Part shown: in pieces, positions 25,811 through 37,159 of the stretch | Numbering within the stretch: the first letter of the stretch is position 1 | Layout of the letters: every line of letters starts with the position of its first letter | From: Eledone cirrhosa | Taxonomy: Eukaryota | Length of the DNA stretch: 64,000 nt | Direction: 5' to 3' | Assembly (NCBI GenBank): GCA_964016885.1 | Contig: OZ024765.1 | Location: 13,516,001 to 13,580,000, forward strand | Position numbers and translations under genes: made by a program | Notes under the pieces: generated by a model | Told to the model about the DNA's origin: nothing | Seen by the model: the letters and a program-made list of their open reading frames with translations, nothing else | Database searches by the model: none

Positions 25811-25940
25811 AGTGAATTATGTAACATAATTTTATGGTAATATTATGTAAACACATGTAACAGACTATTTCATGAAATAAATATTTCTTCAATTTTCATC
25901 AGATTTTGCCTAGTTTTTTCTTGTGCCATATTCACTTTAA

Positions 25941-27295
25941 CCCTTTAGCATTTACATTACTCTATATATACTATTATATTTTCGCAGTAAAGGTTTTACC
26001 TCACATAATATCTCACATAACATTTACATTACTCTATATATACTATTGTATTTTCACAGTAAAGAATTTACCCCCACATAATATCTCACTTAACATTTAC
26101 ATTACTCTATATATACTATTGTATTTTCACAATAAAGGTTTTACCTCAAATAATATCTCACATAACATTTACATTACTCTATATATACTATTGTATTTTC
26201 ACAGTAAAGGTTTTACCCCACATAATATCTCACATAACATTTACATTACTGTATATATACTATTGTATTTTCACAATAAAGGTTTTACCCCAAATAATAT
26301 CTCACATAACATTTACATTACTCTATATATACTATTGTATTTTCACAGTAAAGGTTTTACCCCACATAATATCTCACATAACATTTACATTACTGTATAT
26401 ATACTATTGTATTTTCACAATAAAGGTTTTACCCCAAATAATATCTCACATAACATTTACATTACTCTATATATACTATTGTATTTTCACAGTAAAGGTT
26501 TTACCCCACATAATATCTCACATAACATTTACATTACTCTATATATACTATTGTATTTTCACAGTAAAGGTTTTACCCCACATAATATCTCACATAACAT
26601 TTACATTACTCTATATATACTATTGTATTTTCACAGTAAAGGTTTTACCCCACATAATATCTCACATAACATTTACATTACTCTATATATACTATTGTAT
26701 TTTCACAGTAAAGGTTTTACCCCACATAATATCTCACATAACATTTACATTACTGTATATATACTATTGTATTTTCACAATAAAGGTTTTACCCCAAATA
26801 ATATCTCACATAACATTTACATTACTCTATATATACTATTGTATTTTCACAGTAAAGGTTTTACCCCACATAATATCTCACATAACATTTACATTACTGT
26901 ATATATACTATTGTATTTTCACAATAAAGGTTTTACCCCAAATAATATCTCACATAACATTTACATTACTCTATATATACTATTGTATTTTCACAGTAAA
27001 GGTTTTACCCCACATAATATCTCACATAACATTTACATTACTCTATATATACTATTGTATTTTCACAGTAAAGGCTTTACCCCACATAATATCTCACATA
27101 ACATTTACATTACTCTATATATACTATTGTATTTTATTGGTAAAATCTCACTTAATATCGAATCTATGAGATTTTGATATAATTTATTTTGAGAACAATA
27201 CCTTATCATCAGTATGAGCAGCCAGTTATGGCTGGTTTGAACAAAAAAGGGTAAGAAAATTCTGGCCAGATATTGCTGGTTTAAATGCTAAAGGG
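25941..27295. mobile_element. Non-autonomous piggyBac-like MITE carrying ~16 copies of a 72-bp tandem repeat
   Basis: TTAA|ccctttagcattta ... taaatgctaaaggg|TTAA (14-bp TIRs, TTAA TSD); internal period 72 bp. Confidence 0.85.
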
Positions 27296-27529
27296 TTAAA
27301 TTACTCTGTGAAATCTCCTTGGAACCTATGTGCCACACTCAATGGCACCTTTCGTATCATCAAGATACTTATGTTACACAACTCCAGTATCCATGTTGAG
27401 CACAATTAACTGGTAAGTATATTTGAATATATCAAAAACTAATGAAAGAGGTTTGACCATGGATCAGACCAAGGAAGCAATGCTTCCATTGCTCATAGTA
27501 CCTGTCTGTTGGTCAATACTATTGACAGA

Positions 27530-28450
27530 AATATCATAACTCTCAACAGAAGCATCACAACTCCTAGCATAAACATCACAAATCCTAGCATAAACATCAC
27601 AACTCCTAGCATAAACATCACAACTCCTGGTAAAAGCATCACAACTCTTGGCAGAAGCAGCACAAATTTCATAAACATCACAAATCTTGCCGTAAACATC
27701 ACAACTTCTGACTGAAGCCTCACAACTTCTGATTGAAGCCTCACAACTCCTGATTGAAGCCTCATAACTCCTGACAGAAGTATCACAACTCCTCACAGAT
27801 GAGTCACAACTTCTACAGAAATCTCACAACTCCTGACAAAAGCCTCACAACTCCTGATAGAAGAATCAGTAGCCTCACAACTCCTGACACAAACCTCACA
27901 ACTCATACAGAAACCTCATAACTCCTACAGAAACCTCACAACTCCTGACAGAAGTTTCACAATTCCTGACAGAAGCTTCACAACTCCTAACTGAAGCTTC
28001 ACAACTCCTGACAGAAGATTCACAACTCCTGACAGAAGCTTCACAACTCCTGACAGAATTTCACAACTCCTGACAGAAGCTCCACAACTTCTGACAGAAG
28101 CTTCACAACTCCTGACAGAAGCTTCACAACTCCTGACAGAAGCTTCACAACTCCTGACAGAAGCTTCACAACTCCTGACAGAAGCTTCACAACTCCTAAC
28201 TGAAGCTTCACAACTCCTGACAGAAGCTTCACAACTCCTAACTGAAGCTTCACAACTCCTGACAGAAGCTTCACAACTCCTAACTGAAGCTTCACAATTC
28301 CTGACAGAAGCTTCACAACTCCTGACAGAAGCTTCACAACTCCTGACAGAAGCTTCACAACTCCTGACAGAAGCTTCACAACTCCTAACTGAAGCTTCAC
28401 AACTCCTGACAGAAGCTTCACAACTACTGACTGAAGCTTCACAACTTTGA
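27530..28450. repeat. 21-bp minisatellite (ctcctgacagaagcttcacaa)n; paralog at ~45280-46335
   Basis: Direct inspection; degenerate at the left end, homogeneous at the right. Confidence 0.92.
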
Positions 28451-28512
28451 TAGAAGTGTCACCATTCCTTTGAACATGCCAAACAGAGAATTAAGTAGAA
28501 AAAAAAACTTAC

Positions 28513-28642
28513 TTTCAAAACATCCAATAACTGTCAAAGAGACATCCATTGGTTTATCAGAGACTGTTGATTGGAAATTGATCTTGATCTCGTTTGAACT
28601 GGTTCCTTCTGGTATGGTAGCAGTTTCATTGGCTTTGAATGT
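28513..28642 (-). CDS. Mucin-like gene exon B (C-terminal part of the F5/8C-like domain)
   Basis: ttcttttttcaatag|ACATTC...GAAA|gtaagt; phase 0 to 1. Translates TFKANETATIPEGTSSNEIKINFQSTVSDKPMDVSLTVIGCFE, a frame not listed in the ORF track. Confidence 0.85.
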
Positions 28643-28684
28643 CTATTGAAAAAAGAATACATGACATAGGAATACAGATTATAT

Positions 28685-29066
28685 ATATCTTGAGCTGACT
28701 TTTGGGAGGTCCCCATACAGCTCTGAGTTCTTCATCTTCAGTGTATACTGATTAATGTTCAGAGCCATCCTCAGCATTCTCGTGTAGCACCCATCCACCA
28801 TCTGAGTGAGTTTCTTGGTCAGTGTCCAAGTCTCAGACCTGTACAACAACACAGACTCCACTACAGCAGGACATGCTCACCGACATCCAGAGTTGACACT
28901 GCATTCAGTGCTCCTGTGGGAGCCCCTGCATGGACACACTGGAAGGGGAAGACCGAGGTTAACATATATGTTGATGCCCTAAGGACAGACACTGGTCTCT
29001 TCCAGAGGCAAGACATGGCAGAAATAATGAGGGACAGAGACCGCTGGAGAGAACTTGTCCATGGAT
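28685..29066. mobile_element. 5'-inverted RTE-clade LINE fragment; paralog at ~46570-46950
   Basis: Minus part VESVLLYRSETWTLT..DGCYTRMLRMAL is joined to plus part AGHAHRHPE..LLWEPLHG..GRGRP..YVDAL..DRDRWR. Confidence 0.8.
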
Positions 29067-29189
29067 CTTTGGAATTTTACTTCCTGATGATTTCTCCGGA
29101 ATGAAACAGTTCAGTCTTGTGTAAGCCTTTCTATATTAAATATATATATATGTTAAGTATTTCCGCGGAAAAGGTACAGAGCTATTTAA

Positions 29190-29318
29190 TTATGTAATAA
29201 ACAGCACAATATAATTATTCCATTACCCAAGGTTTCACGAAGTCAGACGATTCTAACAGAGGTGTCTGTTAGAAATCCTGGGTCATGGAATAATTATATT
29301 GTATTGTTTATTACATAA
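29190..29318. repeat. Foldback of the same family as 3344-3543; paralog at ~47075-47203
   Basis: Arms ttatgtaataaac..ataattattccattaccc / gggtcatggaataattat..gtttattacataa. Confidence 0.75.
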
Positions 29319-29561
29319 AATAAAAAAATATATATATGTCTAACCCATGCTAGCGTGGAAGATGGACGTTAAACTATGATGATGATGATGATGATATATA
29401 TATATATATAATTATCAACAATAGTAATAAATGGAAAATATCACATCACCTGGTCCAAGAATCGAACTCACAACCTTTCAATTGCAAGCTCAATGCTCTA
29501 ACCACTAAGCCATGTGCCTTCACATTATTCATAGAAATCAATAAATATCCATATGACTCAC

Positions 29562-29824
29562 CCGAATTATGTTGGAATTAGCATTCCGAAAAATTAAGAC
29601 AAATTTTGCCACATTTTTATGTTTTCGCAAAATTATTTTGGCTCCATATTTCAAAATCCCTTTCTTAATTTTCACTATAACTTGTGATGAAACAAAGGGT
29701 TGTAATTTCCACCCTGGTCCTGTTGGTCGTATCAGTTTAGGAGATTCCAAAGTCGATAATTGGATACTGGAATCTGGGATATATTCCTTCTTTGTCATTC
29801 CATCGACAAATCGACATTTTCCAA
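29562..29824 (-). CDS. Mucin-like gene exon A (N-terminal part of the F5/8C-like domain)
   Basis: tttattttatatttttag|TTGGA...CGG|gtgagt; phase 1 to 0. Translates GKCRFVDGMTKKEYIPDSSIQLS...GPGWK...NIIR and joins exon B in frame. Confidence 0.85.
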
Positions 29825-29858
29825 CTAAAAATATAAAATAAACAATAAAAAATATTAA

Positions 29859-30268
29859 CCCTTTAGCATTTACATTACTCTATATATATTATTGTATTTT
29901 CATGGTAAAGGCTTTACCTCACATAAGATTTACATTACTCTATATATACTATTGTATTTTCACAGTAAAGGCTTTACCTCACATAATATCTCACATAACA
30001 TTTACATTACTCTATATAAACTATTGTATTTTCACAGTAAAGGCTTGACCTCACATAACATTTACATTACTCTATATAAACTATTGTATTTTCACAGTAA
30101 AGGCTTTATTTCACATGATATCACACATAATATTGAATCTATGAGATTTTGATATTATTTATTTTGAGAACAATACCTTAACATCAGTATGAATGGCCAG
30201 TTACGGCTGGTGGAACAGAAAGAGGTGTGAGTTTCTGGCCGGATATGGCTGGTTTAAATGCTAAAGGG
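29859..30268. mobile_element. Second piggyBac-like MITE (about 4 internal 72/60-bp units)
   Basis: Same TIRs and TTAA TSDs (29855-29858, 30269-30272). Confidence 0.85.
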
Positions 30269-30535
30269 TTAAAGAATTAAGGATGTTTGGAGTGAGATGA
30301 TCGGAGTTTGGAATTAAAATAGAAGATCTCCTGTAGCATTTTGATTAAATAATTGTTTCTACTGTTGGCACAAGTCCAGCAATTACCCCAGTGCATTACT
30401 GGTACTTTATTTTATCGATCACGTAAGGATGAAAGGCAAAGCTAACCGTGGCAGGATTTGAACTCAGAACGTAAAGGGCCATAACTCTTTACTCTCAAAG
30501 CATCGTATCTGACACTCTACCGATACTGCCAATCC

Positions 30536-30700
30536 ATCATCATCATCAGGTCGAGCTTGCTCGGCTTTCTACGACACGTTTCCTCCATCCATCTCTGTCT
30601 CTCATAGTGTTTGCCAGTTCTTCCGCAGTGCATCCAGTATCGTCCTCAAGCTGCTTGACTTATGTCTTCTTGGGACGACCAGCGTTTCTTGCTCCAATCC
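30536..30700 (-). mobile_element. RTE-clade LINE 3' end
   Basis: Minus strand translates GRPKKT..QLEDDTGC..MRDRDGWRKRVVESRASST*, followed by an (ATG)n tail. Confidence 0.75.
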
Positions 30701-30706
30701 ACCTAT

Positions 30707-31111
30707 TTAAAACTGATAGCGTATGGTCTTCTAAATGTTTTTAATTAAACATTTGGTATATTATCAAATATACTCTACAATGTATACATTCATGTATACA
30801 TCGCTATTTCAGAGCACCAATCCTAATACCTAATTTTTGCTGGACCAGCAATCGCTCTGTATAATCAGCTCCTGATTATTACTGGAATTCTATAAGAATC
30901 CAGCTTCTATAATTTTCAGCGAAAGCAGGGGATTACGTGGTTCTGATGAACACCAATCAGCGAGAAACAGACTGTCAGCTGAAAAGAAGTAAGTGACATA
31001 GTCACTACTTTAAAACTGATAGCGTATGGTCTTCTTAATTAAACATACAGTATATTGCCAAATATCCTATACATACATTCATGTATACATCGCTATTTCA
31101 GAGTACCAATC
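30707..31111 (+). mobile_element. Penelope-like pLTR relic: partial direct repeat surrounding a hammerhead motif (30939-30980)
   Basis: tttaaaactgatagcgtatggtcttct...cagag(c/t)accaatc occurs at ~30707 and ~31009. Hammerhead: GGTT-CTGATGA-..-GAAACAG-a-CTGTC-AGCT. Confidence 0.55.
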
Positions 31112-31865
31112 TGTAAAAGTTTGTTATTTTTGTAAACAGAAATAACAACACAATCGGTACAGTATATGGAAGGGATATATTAGGTTAACGCTTGATGTAG
31201 CAGGTAGAGGGTCTTAATGTTTCAGATGCTAGTCCTTCATCAGAAGAAAGAATGAGAAATAAGATAGATTGAGAGGACGGGCAGGTTGGAATTGGAAAAA
31301 ATGTCTTTAGATAAAAATAACAGGTCCATTCATGTTGACATCTCTTGCAAAACTGTTATATATATATGTATATTAGAAAAAACGCTAGTCTGAAGAGCAG
31401 ATCGACAGTGGAGGCGAGTCCATAGCTACTATGGTTGACCTTGAGCCAATCCTCTGTGAAACCCATGTAACAGATCAATACACAATAAATATCATATACA
31501 TTTAAACAAAACTTCCTCGTTTTTTCTAATATATACATTCAGCCTGTGCATAGAGTGCTTGCTTTAGTAGCAACACCAGTAATTCACCGAATCACCTACA
31601 CACACACATATATATATGATGTGTATATATGTATTTTTTTAATATTAAAAATTGCTTATATATATATATATATATATATCCAATTCTATCATTACTACCT
31701 CAGAGGGCTGACGAGCCATTGATTCCAGAATCAGGCTAGATCGATACAGATCGAACCTTGAGCTGATCAATAGCAAAACACACATCACCAACCAATAAAG
31801 GTAATGGATGAGTAACCATTTGTCCTTGTTTTATCTTATTATATATATATATATATATATATATA

Positions 31866-32600
31866 TCATCATCATCATCATTTTACGTCCACTTTTCCCT
31901 GCTTGTAAGGGTGGGGTGGGTCCTATTCAGCACAGCATCTCTCCACTTGTCACGGTCCTTCGTCATCTCCTCCGTGAGCTTCAGCGATCTGAGGTCTTCT
32001 CTCACCACCTCCGTCCATGTTTTCCGTGGCCTTCCTCTACTGCGTCTACCTTCTACTGGGATTTCTTGGCACTTCTTTACCCAGAAGTCATCCTCCATGC
32101 GCATCACATGTCCATACCATTTCAGTCTTCTCTCCTGCACACCACAACTTATCCCTCTTATACCCAATTTCTCTCTCAACACATCCATGCTCGGTCGTCC
32201 ATGCACTTTGACATTGCACATCCAGCAGAGTATGCTTGCTTCATTTCTCTCCAGCCATTGCATATCCTCTGCAGTTTCTGCCCATGTCTCACTACCATGC
32301 AGCATCGTGCATCTCACACAGGCATTATATAACCGGCCTTTCATTTGTAGGAAGAAACCCTTCTTTGTCAACAGAGGAAGCAACTCCCTAAACTTCTTCC
32401 AACCGGTCCTTATTCTACATACTATGGCCTCGGAGCCCACCCCCTCTCCCATGCTAATCTGATCACCTACGTACCAGAAGCTATCAAACATAGAATCTAC
32501 CTGCATTTGAAAAATGTGTCTATCACTGCGATTACTACTGTCAACTTTCCCTGTACATCTATTGCATATGTTTTGCCTTGTTTGTTCATGCTTGCATGGG
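31866..32600 (-). mobile_element. RTE-clade LINE 3' fragment
   Basis: ORF 31883-32629 with RIRTGWKKFRELLPLL, KGRLYNACVR, HGSETW and ERRLKWYGHV; (CAT)n tail at 31867. Confidence 0.88.
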
Positions 32601-32624
32601 TTCACACACACATACATACATACA

Positions 32625-35600
32625 CACAAAAGTTATTTAGTGTTAATAGTACATAGCTTGTATAGAAACGGGTGGAGTAACTGTAGAGATAAGTGTAAAA
32701 GAGAGACAGGTTCGTTATATTATTAACTATTTCAGTTATAGTTAAAAAAAATAGGCAGATTTTTTGTAGTATAGACTGTTTTAGTTCTAGTTAGGTGTAA
32801 AACAGGCAGTTTTTTTGTATCTTAAACTGTTTTTTTGTAGTTAAGTGTAAATGTAATGTAATCTAATCTGGCCGAGTTTACACTCACAAAGAAGAACCAG
32901 GGCCACCCCTAGGAGCATTGGATTTGGTGTACTTCATATTTGTTTCGGTTGCTGAACACAATCAGGGGTCGCTGCTTCTCCTGAAGGTCAATAGTTCTCT
33001 TCTAACTCGAGCAGGAGCGCCTTTCCATTGTCAATTTACATGGATCATCTTCAAAGCTGCATTGTTCTCAGAACCACTACACCAGTCTTTCGATGTGTGC
33101 AGCTGGAACTACTGCCACCCATTTATTTGGCAGGATTTTTTTTGATTTTTTTTTAGATGGCCGTTGACTCTTATGAGTTATTCCAGCCTTTGTCAGGTTT
33201 TGTCTTTTGTCCTGCAGGGTGTCCAAAATTGCCCTCCTCACCAAGTAAACTTGGAGAGGTTGCCATATTTACGGCCATATCACACTGAAAACACCAGTTC
33301 TCATACGATCACCAAAGTAAAGCAGCGTCGAGCATAGTTAGTTCTTAGATGGTGTAAGCATTAAGTGTAAAACAGGCAGTTTATTTGTATTGTAAGCAGT
33401 TTTTATTGTCTAAAGACTGACTCGAGTTCAGAGGCTCATCAGGCCAGAGCTTACCCCAGTTTACTTGGCATTCTGTGACTGAGAGTACAAGACTCCTCCA
33501 TGGACAGAACGCCAGTCCATTGCAGGGTTAAACCCCCAGCTATTGCTAGTACTCATTTTCAGCTGATTATACTGGAGTGATGTGAAATGAAGTGTTTTAC
33601 TCCAGAAGATAACACAAAACCTACTCCAGAAACACCCATGACATTATGATTGTAAGTCCAACACTCTTATCACCGAAGTAACATGAAATGAAGTATTTTG
33701 TCCAAGAACACGACGTACAGCCATCTCTAAACCCAGCATACAGGAGTGACTGAGGGGAAGATAGCCAGTGATGTAAGCCTATTCCAGTCACAGGAAGGAA
33801 CCATAGAAGTGGTTGATAGCTTCTGCTATCTTTGAAACGTAATTAGCAGTAGAGCTGAGAGTTTAATAGCTAAACTAAGGATAGGTTGGAATAATTTGAT
33901 AGAGTTACTTTGTGAAGGTGCATGGCTTAGTGGTTAGAGTATTGGGTTGCAATCAAAAGGTTGTGAGTTTATATCTCGGACTGGGTGATGTGTTGTGTCC
34001 TTGAGCAAGACACTTTATATCACGTTGCTCCAGTTTACTCAGCTGTAGAAGTGAGTTGCCATCCTGCCAAATCAATGGGTGGCAGTAGTTCCAGCTGCAC
34101 ACATAGAAAGACTGGTGTAGTGATTCTGAGAACAATGTGGCTCTGCAGATGATTAATGTAAATTGACAATGGAAAGGCACTCCTGCTCGAGTTAGAAGAG
34201 AACTATTGACCTTCAAGAGAAGCAGAGACCCGTGATTGTATTCTGCAACTGAAACAAATATGAAGTACACCAAATTCAATGCTTCTAGGGGTGGCCCTGG
34301 TTCTTTTTATTTGTGAGTGTAAACTTGGCCAGATTAGATTACTCCCACTGTTGACCACAAAAGTTATTTAGTGTTAATAATACATACCTGGTGTAGTAAC
34401 GGGTGGAGTACTTGTAGAGATAACTGAAAAAGAGAGATAAGTTAGTTATATTATTAATTATTTCAGTTATAGTTAAGTAAAAAACGGGCAGTTTACTTGT
34501 ATTGTAAACAGTATTTGCTGTTCTTCAGCGTAAAACAGACAGGTTAGTATATTATAAACAGTTTTGTTGGTGATTAAGAGAACATTGTCAGTTTTTTTAA
34601 TTATAAACAGTTTTTTGTGTAATTAAGTATGAAACAAGCAGTTTATTTGTATTGTAAACTGTTTTTGTTGCAGTTAAGTGATCATTATGGCTGTTTTCTG
34701 TGTGATTAAGTGTAAATCAAGCATTTTATTTCTATTGTAAACTGTTTTTGTTGCAGTTAAGTAAAAAAGCAAGCAGTTATTTATTTTGTAAACTGTTTTT
34801 CTTGCAGTTAAGTAAAAAAACAAGCAGTTTATTTGTATTTTATACTGTTTTTGTGGTCTAAAATCTGTCTCAACCTCAGAGGCTCATCAGGTTTGTGCTT
34901 CTATGAGTTTGTGTCATGTTATGCAACTGAGAGTACAAGATTCTCCCTTGGACAGAATGCCAGTCGATTGCAGGGTTAAACCTCCTAGCTATTGCTGGTA
35001 CTCATTTTCAGCTGAATATACTGGAGTGATGTGAAATGATGTATTTTGCTCTAAAACACAACACACAGCCATCTCTAAACCCAGCATACAGGAGTGACTG
35101 ATGGGAAGATAGCCAGTGATGTAAGCAAATTCCAGTCACAGGAAGGAACCATAGAAGTGGTTGATAGCTTCTGCTATCTATGAAATGTAATTAGCAGTAG
35201 AGCCGAGAGTTTAATAGCTAGAATAAGGATAGGTTGGAATAATTTGAGAGAGTTACTTTGTGAAGGTGCATGGCTTAGTGGTTAGAGTATTGGGTTGCAA
35301 TCAAAAGGTTGTAAGTTTATATCTCGGACTGGGTGATGTGTTGTGTCCTTGAGCAAGACACTTTATATCATGTTGCTCCAGTTTACTCAGCTCTAGAAAT
35401 GAGTTGCCATCCTGCCAATTCAATGGGTGGCAGTAGTTCCAGCTGCACACATAGAAAGACTGGTGTAGTGGTTCTGAGAACAATTTTCAGATGATTAATG
35501 TAAATTGACAATGGAAAGGCGTTCCTGCTCGAGTTAGAAGAGAACTATTGACCATCAAGAGAAGCAGAGACCCCTGATTGTATTCTGCAACTGAAACAAA

Positions 35601-35966
35601 TATGAAGTACACCAAATCCAATGCTCCTAGGGGTGGCCCTGGTTCTTCTTATTTGTGAGTGTAAACTTGGCCAGATTAGATTACTCCCACTGTTGACCAC
35701 AAAAGTTATTTAGTGTTAATAATACATACCTGGTGTAGTAACGGGTGGAGTACTTGTAGAGATAACTGTAAAAGAGAAACATGTTAGTTATATTATTAAT
35801 TATTTAAGTTATAGTTAAGTAAAAAACAGGTAGTTGACTTGTATCGTAAACAGTTTTTGCTGTTCTTCAGTGTAAAACAGGCAGTTTAGAATATTATAAA
35901 GTTTTGTTGGTGATTAAGAGAACATTGTCAGTTTTTTTATTATCATAAACAGTTTTTTGTGTAATT
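32625..35966. repeat. Diverged, partly rearranged units of the 1.6-kb composite satellite (inverted piece at ~32860-33135)
   Basis: Same blocks as 48.8-64 kb. The MDLVYFIFVSV pseudo-ORF is on + at 32918 but on - elsewhere. Confidence 0.8.
33267..33359 (+). pseudogene. 5S rRNA-derived fragment (pseudogene or SINE3 head), internally deleted
   Basis: tacggccatatcacactgaaaacaccagttctcatacgatcaccaaagtaaagcagcgtcgagcatagttagttcttagatgg matches the 5' ~85 nt of animal 5S rRNA with multiple substitutions. Confidence 0.8.
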
Positions 35967-36358
35967 GGTCTAGTAGTTGGCGTTGTTGTTGTTGTTGGTG
36001 TTGTTGTTGTTGGTGTTTTTGGTGTTGTTGGTGTTGTTGTTGTTGGTGTTGTTGTTGGTGATGTTGTTGGTGTTGTTGTTGGTGTTACTGTTGTTGTTGT
36101 TGGTGTTGTTGTTGGTGTTGTTGCTGTTGTTGTTGTTGGTGTTGTTGCTGTTGTTGGTGTTGTTGTTGGTGTTGTTATTGGCGTTGTTGGTGTTATTGTT
36201 GTTGGTGTTGTTGGTGTTGTTGTTGGTGTTGTTGTTGTTGTTGGTGTTACTGTTGTTGTTGTTATTGTTGGTGTTGTTGGTGCTGTTGTTGTTGTTGGTG
36301 TTGTTGGTGTTGTTGTTGGTGTTGTTGTTGGTGTTGTTGTTGGTGTTGTTGTTGTTGG

Positions 36359-36389
<31 letters not shown>

Positions 36390-36501
36390 GGCGTTGTTGT
36401 TGGTGTTGTTGGTGTTGTTGTGACTGTAGCTGTAGTAGTAGTAGTCATTGTGGTAGTTGTAGTGTGTAGGGGGGATGTAGGCGTGATGGTTACCATGTAG
36501 G
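35967..36501 (-). CDS. Duplicated, truncated PTS exon that runs into satellite sequence (in-frame stop at 35894)
   Basis: Identical acceptor and [18 protein letters not shown] start. No clear splice donor before the satellite junction. Confidence 0.5.
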
Positions 36502-36586
36502 CTGGAACATGGAAGATGTGAAAATGTCAAATTAATTATTCCAAAAAAATTGTACATATATATATATACACATATATATATTTATG

Positions 36587-36651
<65 letters not shown>

Positions 36652-36652
36652 G

Positions 36653-36715
<63 letters not shown>

Positions 36716-36828
36716 TTGTATGTATGTGTATATTTTTATATATATGTATATATATATATGTATGTATATAAACATATATATATGTATATACGTATATATA
36801 TGTATATATACATATATATATACGTATA

Positions 36829-36859
<31 letters not shown>

Positions 36860-36981
36860 GTATATATACAGATATATATGTATATATGTATATATACAGA
36901 TATATATGTATATATATACATAAATGAATATATACATATATATATATGTATACATGTGTGTATGTATATATATATATATAT

Positions 36982-37034
<53 letters not shown>

Positions 37035-37067
37035 CATATATACACACACACACACAAACACACACAC

Positions 37068-37159
<92 letters not shown>

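Noticed and set aside
25906-27177. 24-aa repeat ORFs (NIYITLYILLYFHSKGFTPHNISH), also at 37576, 44332 and 47777
   Set aside because: A stop-free 72-bp unit inside a MITE; the frame shifts between units and the listed starts are not ATG.
25950-28450. CRISPR-like regular arrays
   Set aside because: Head-to-tail tandem repeats without unique spacers, no cas genes, and a eukaryotic context.
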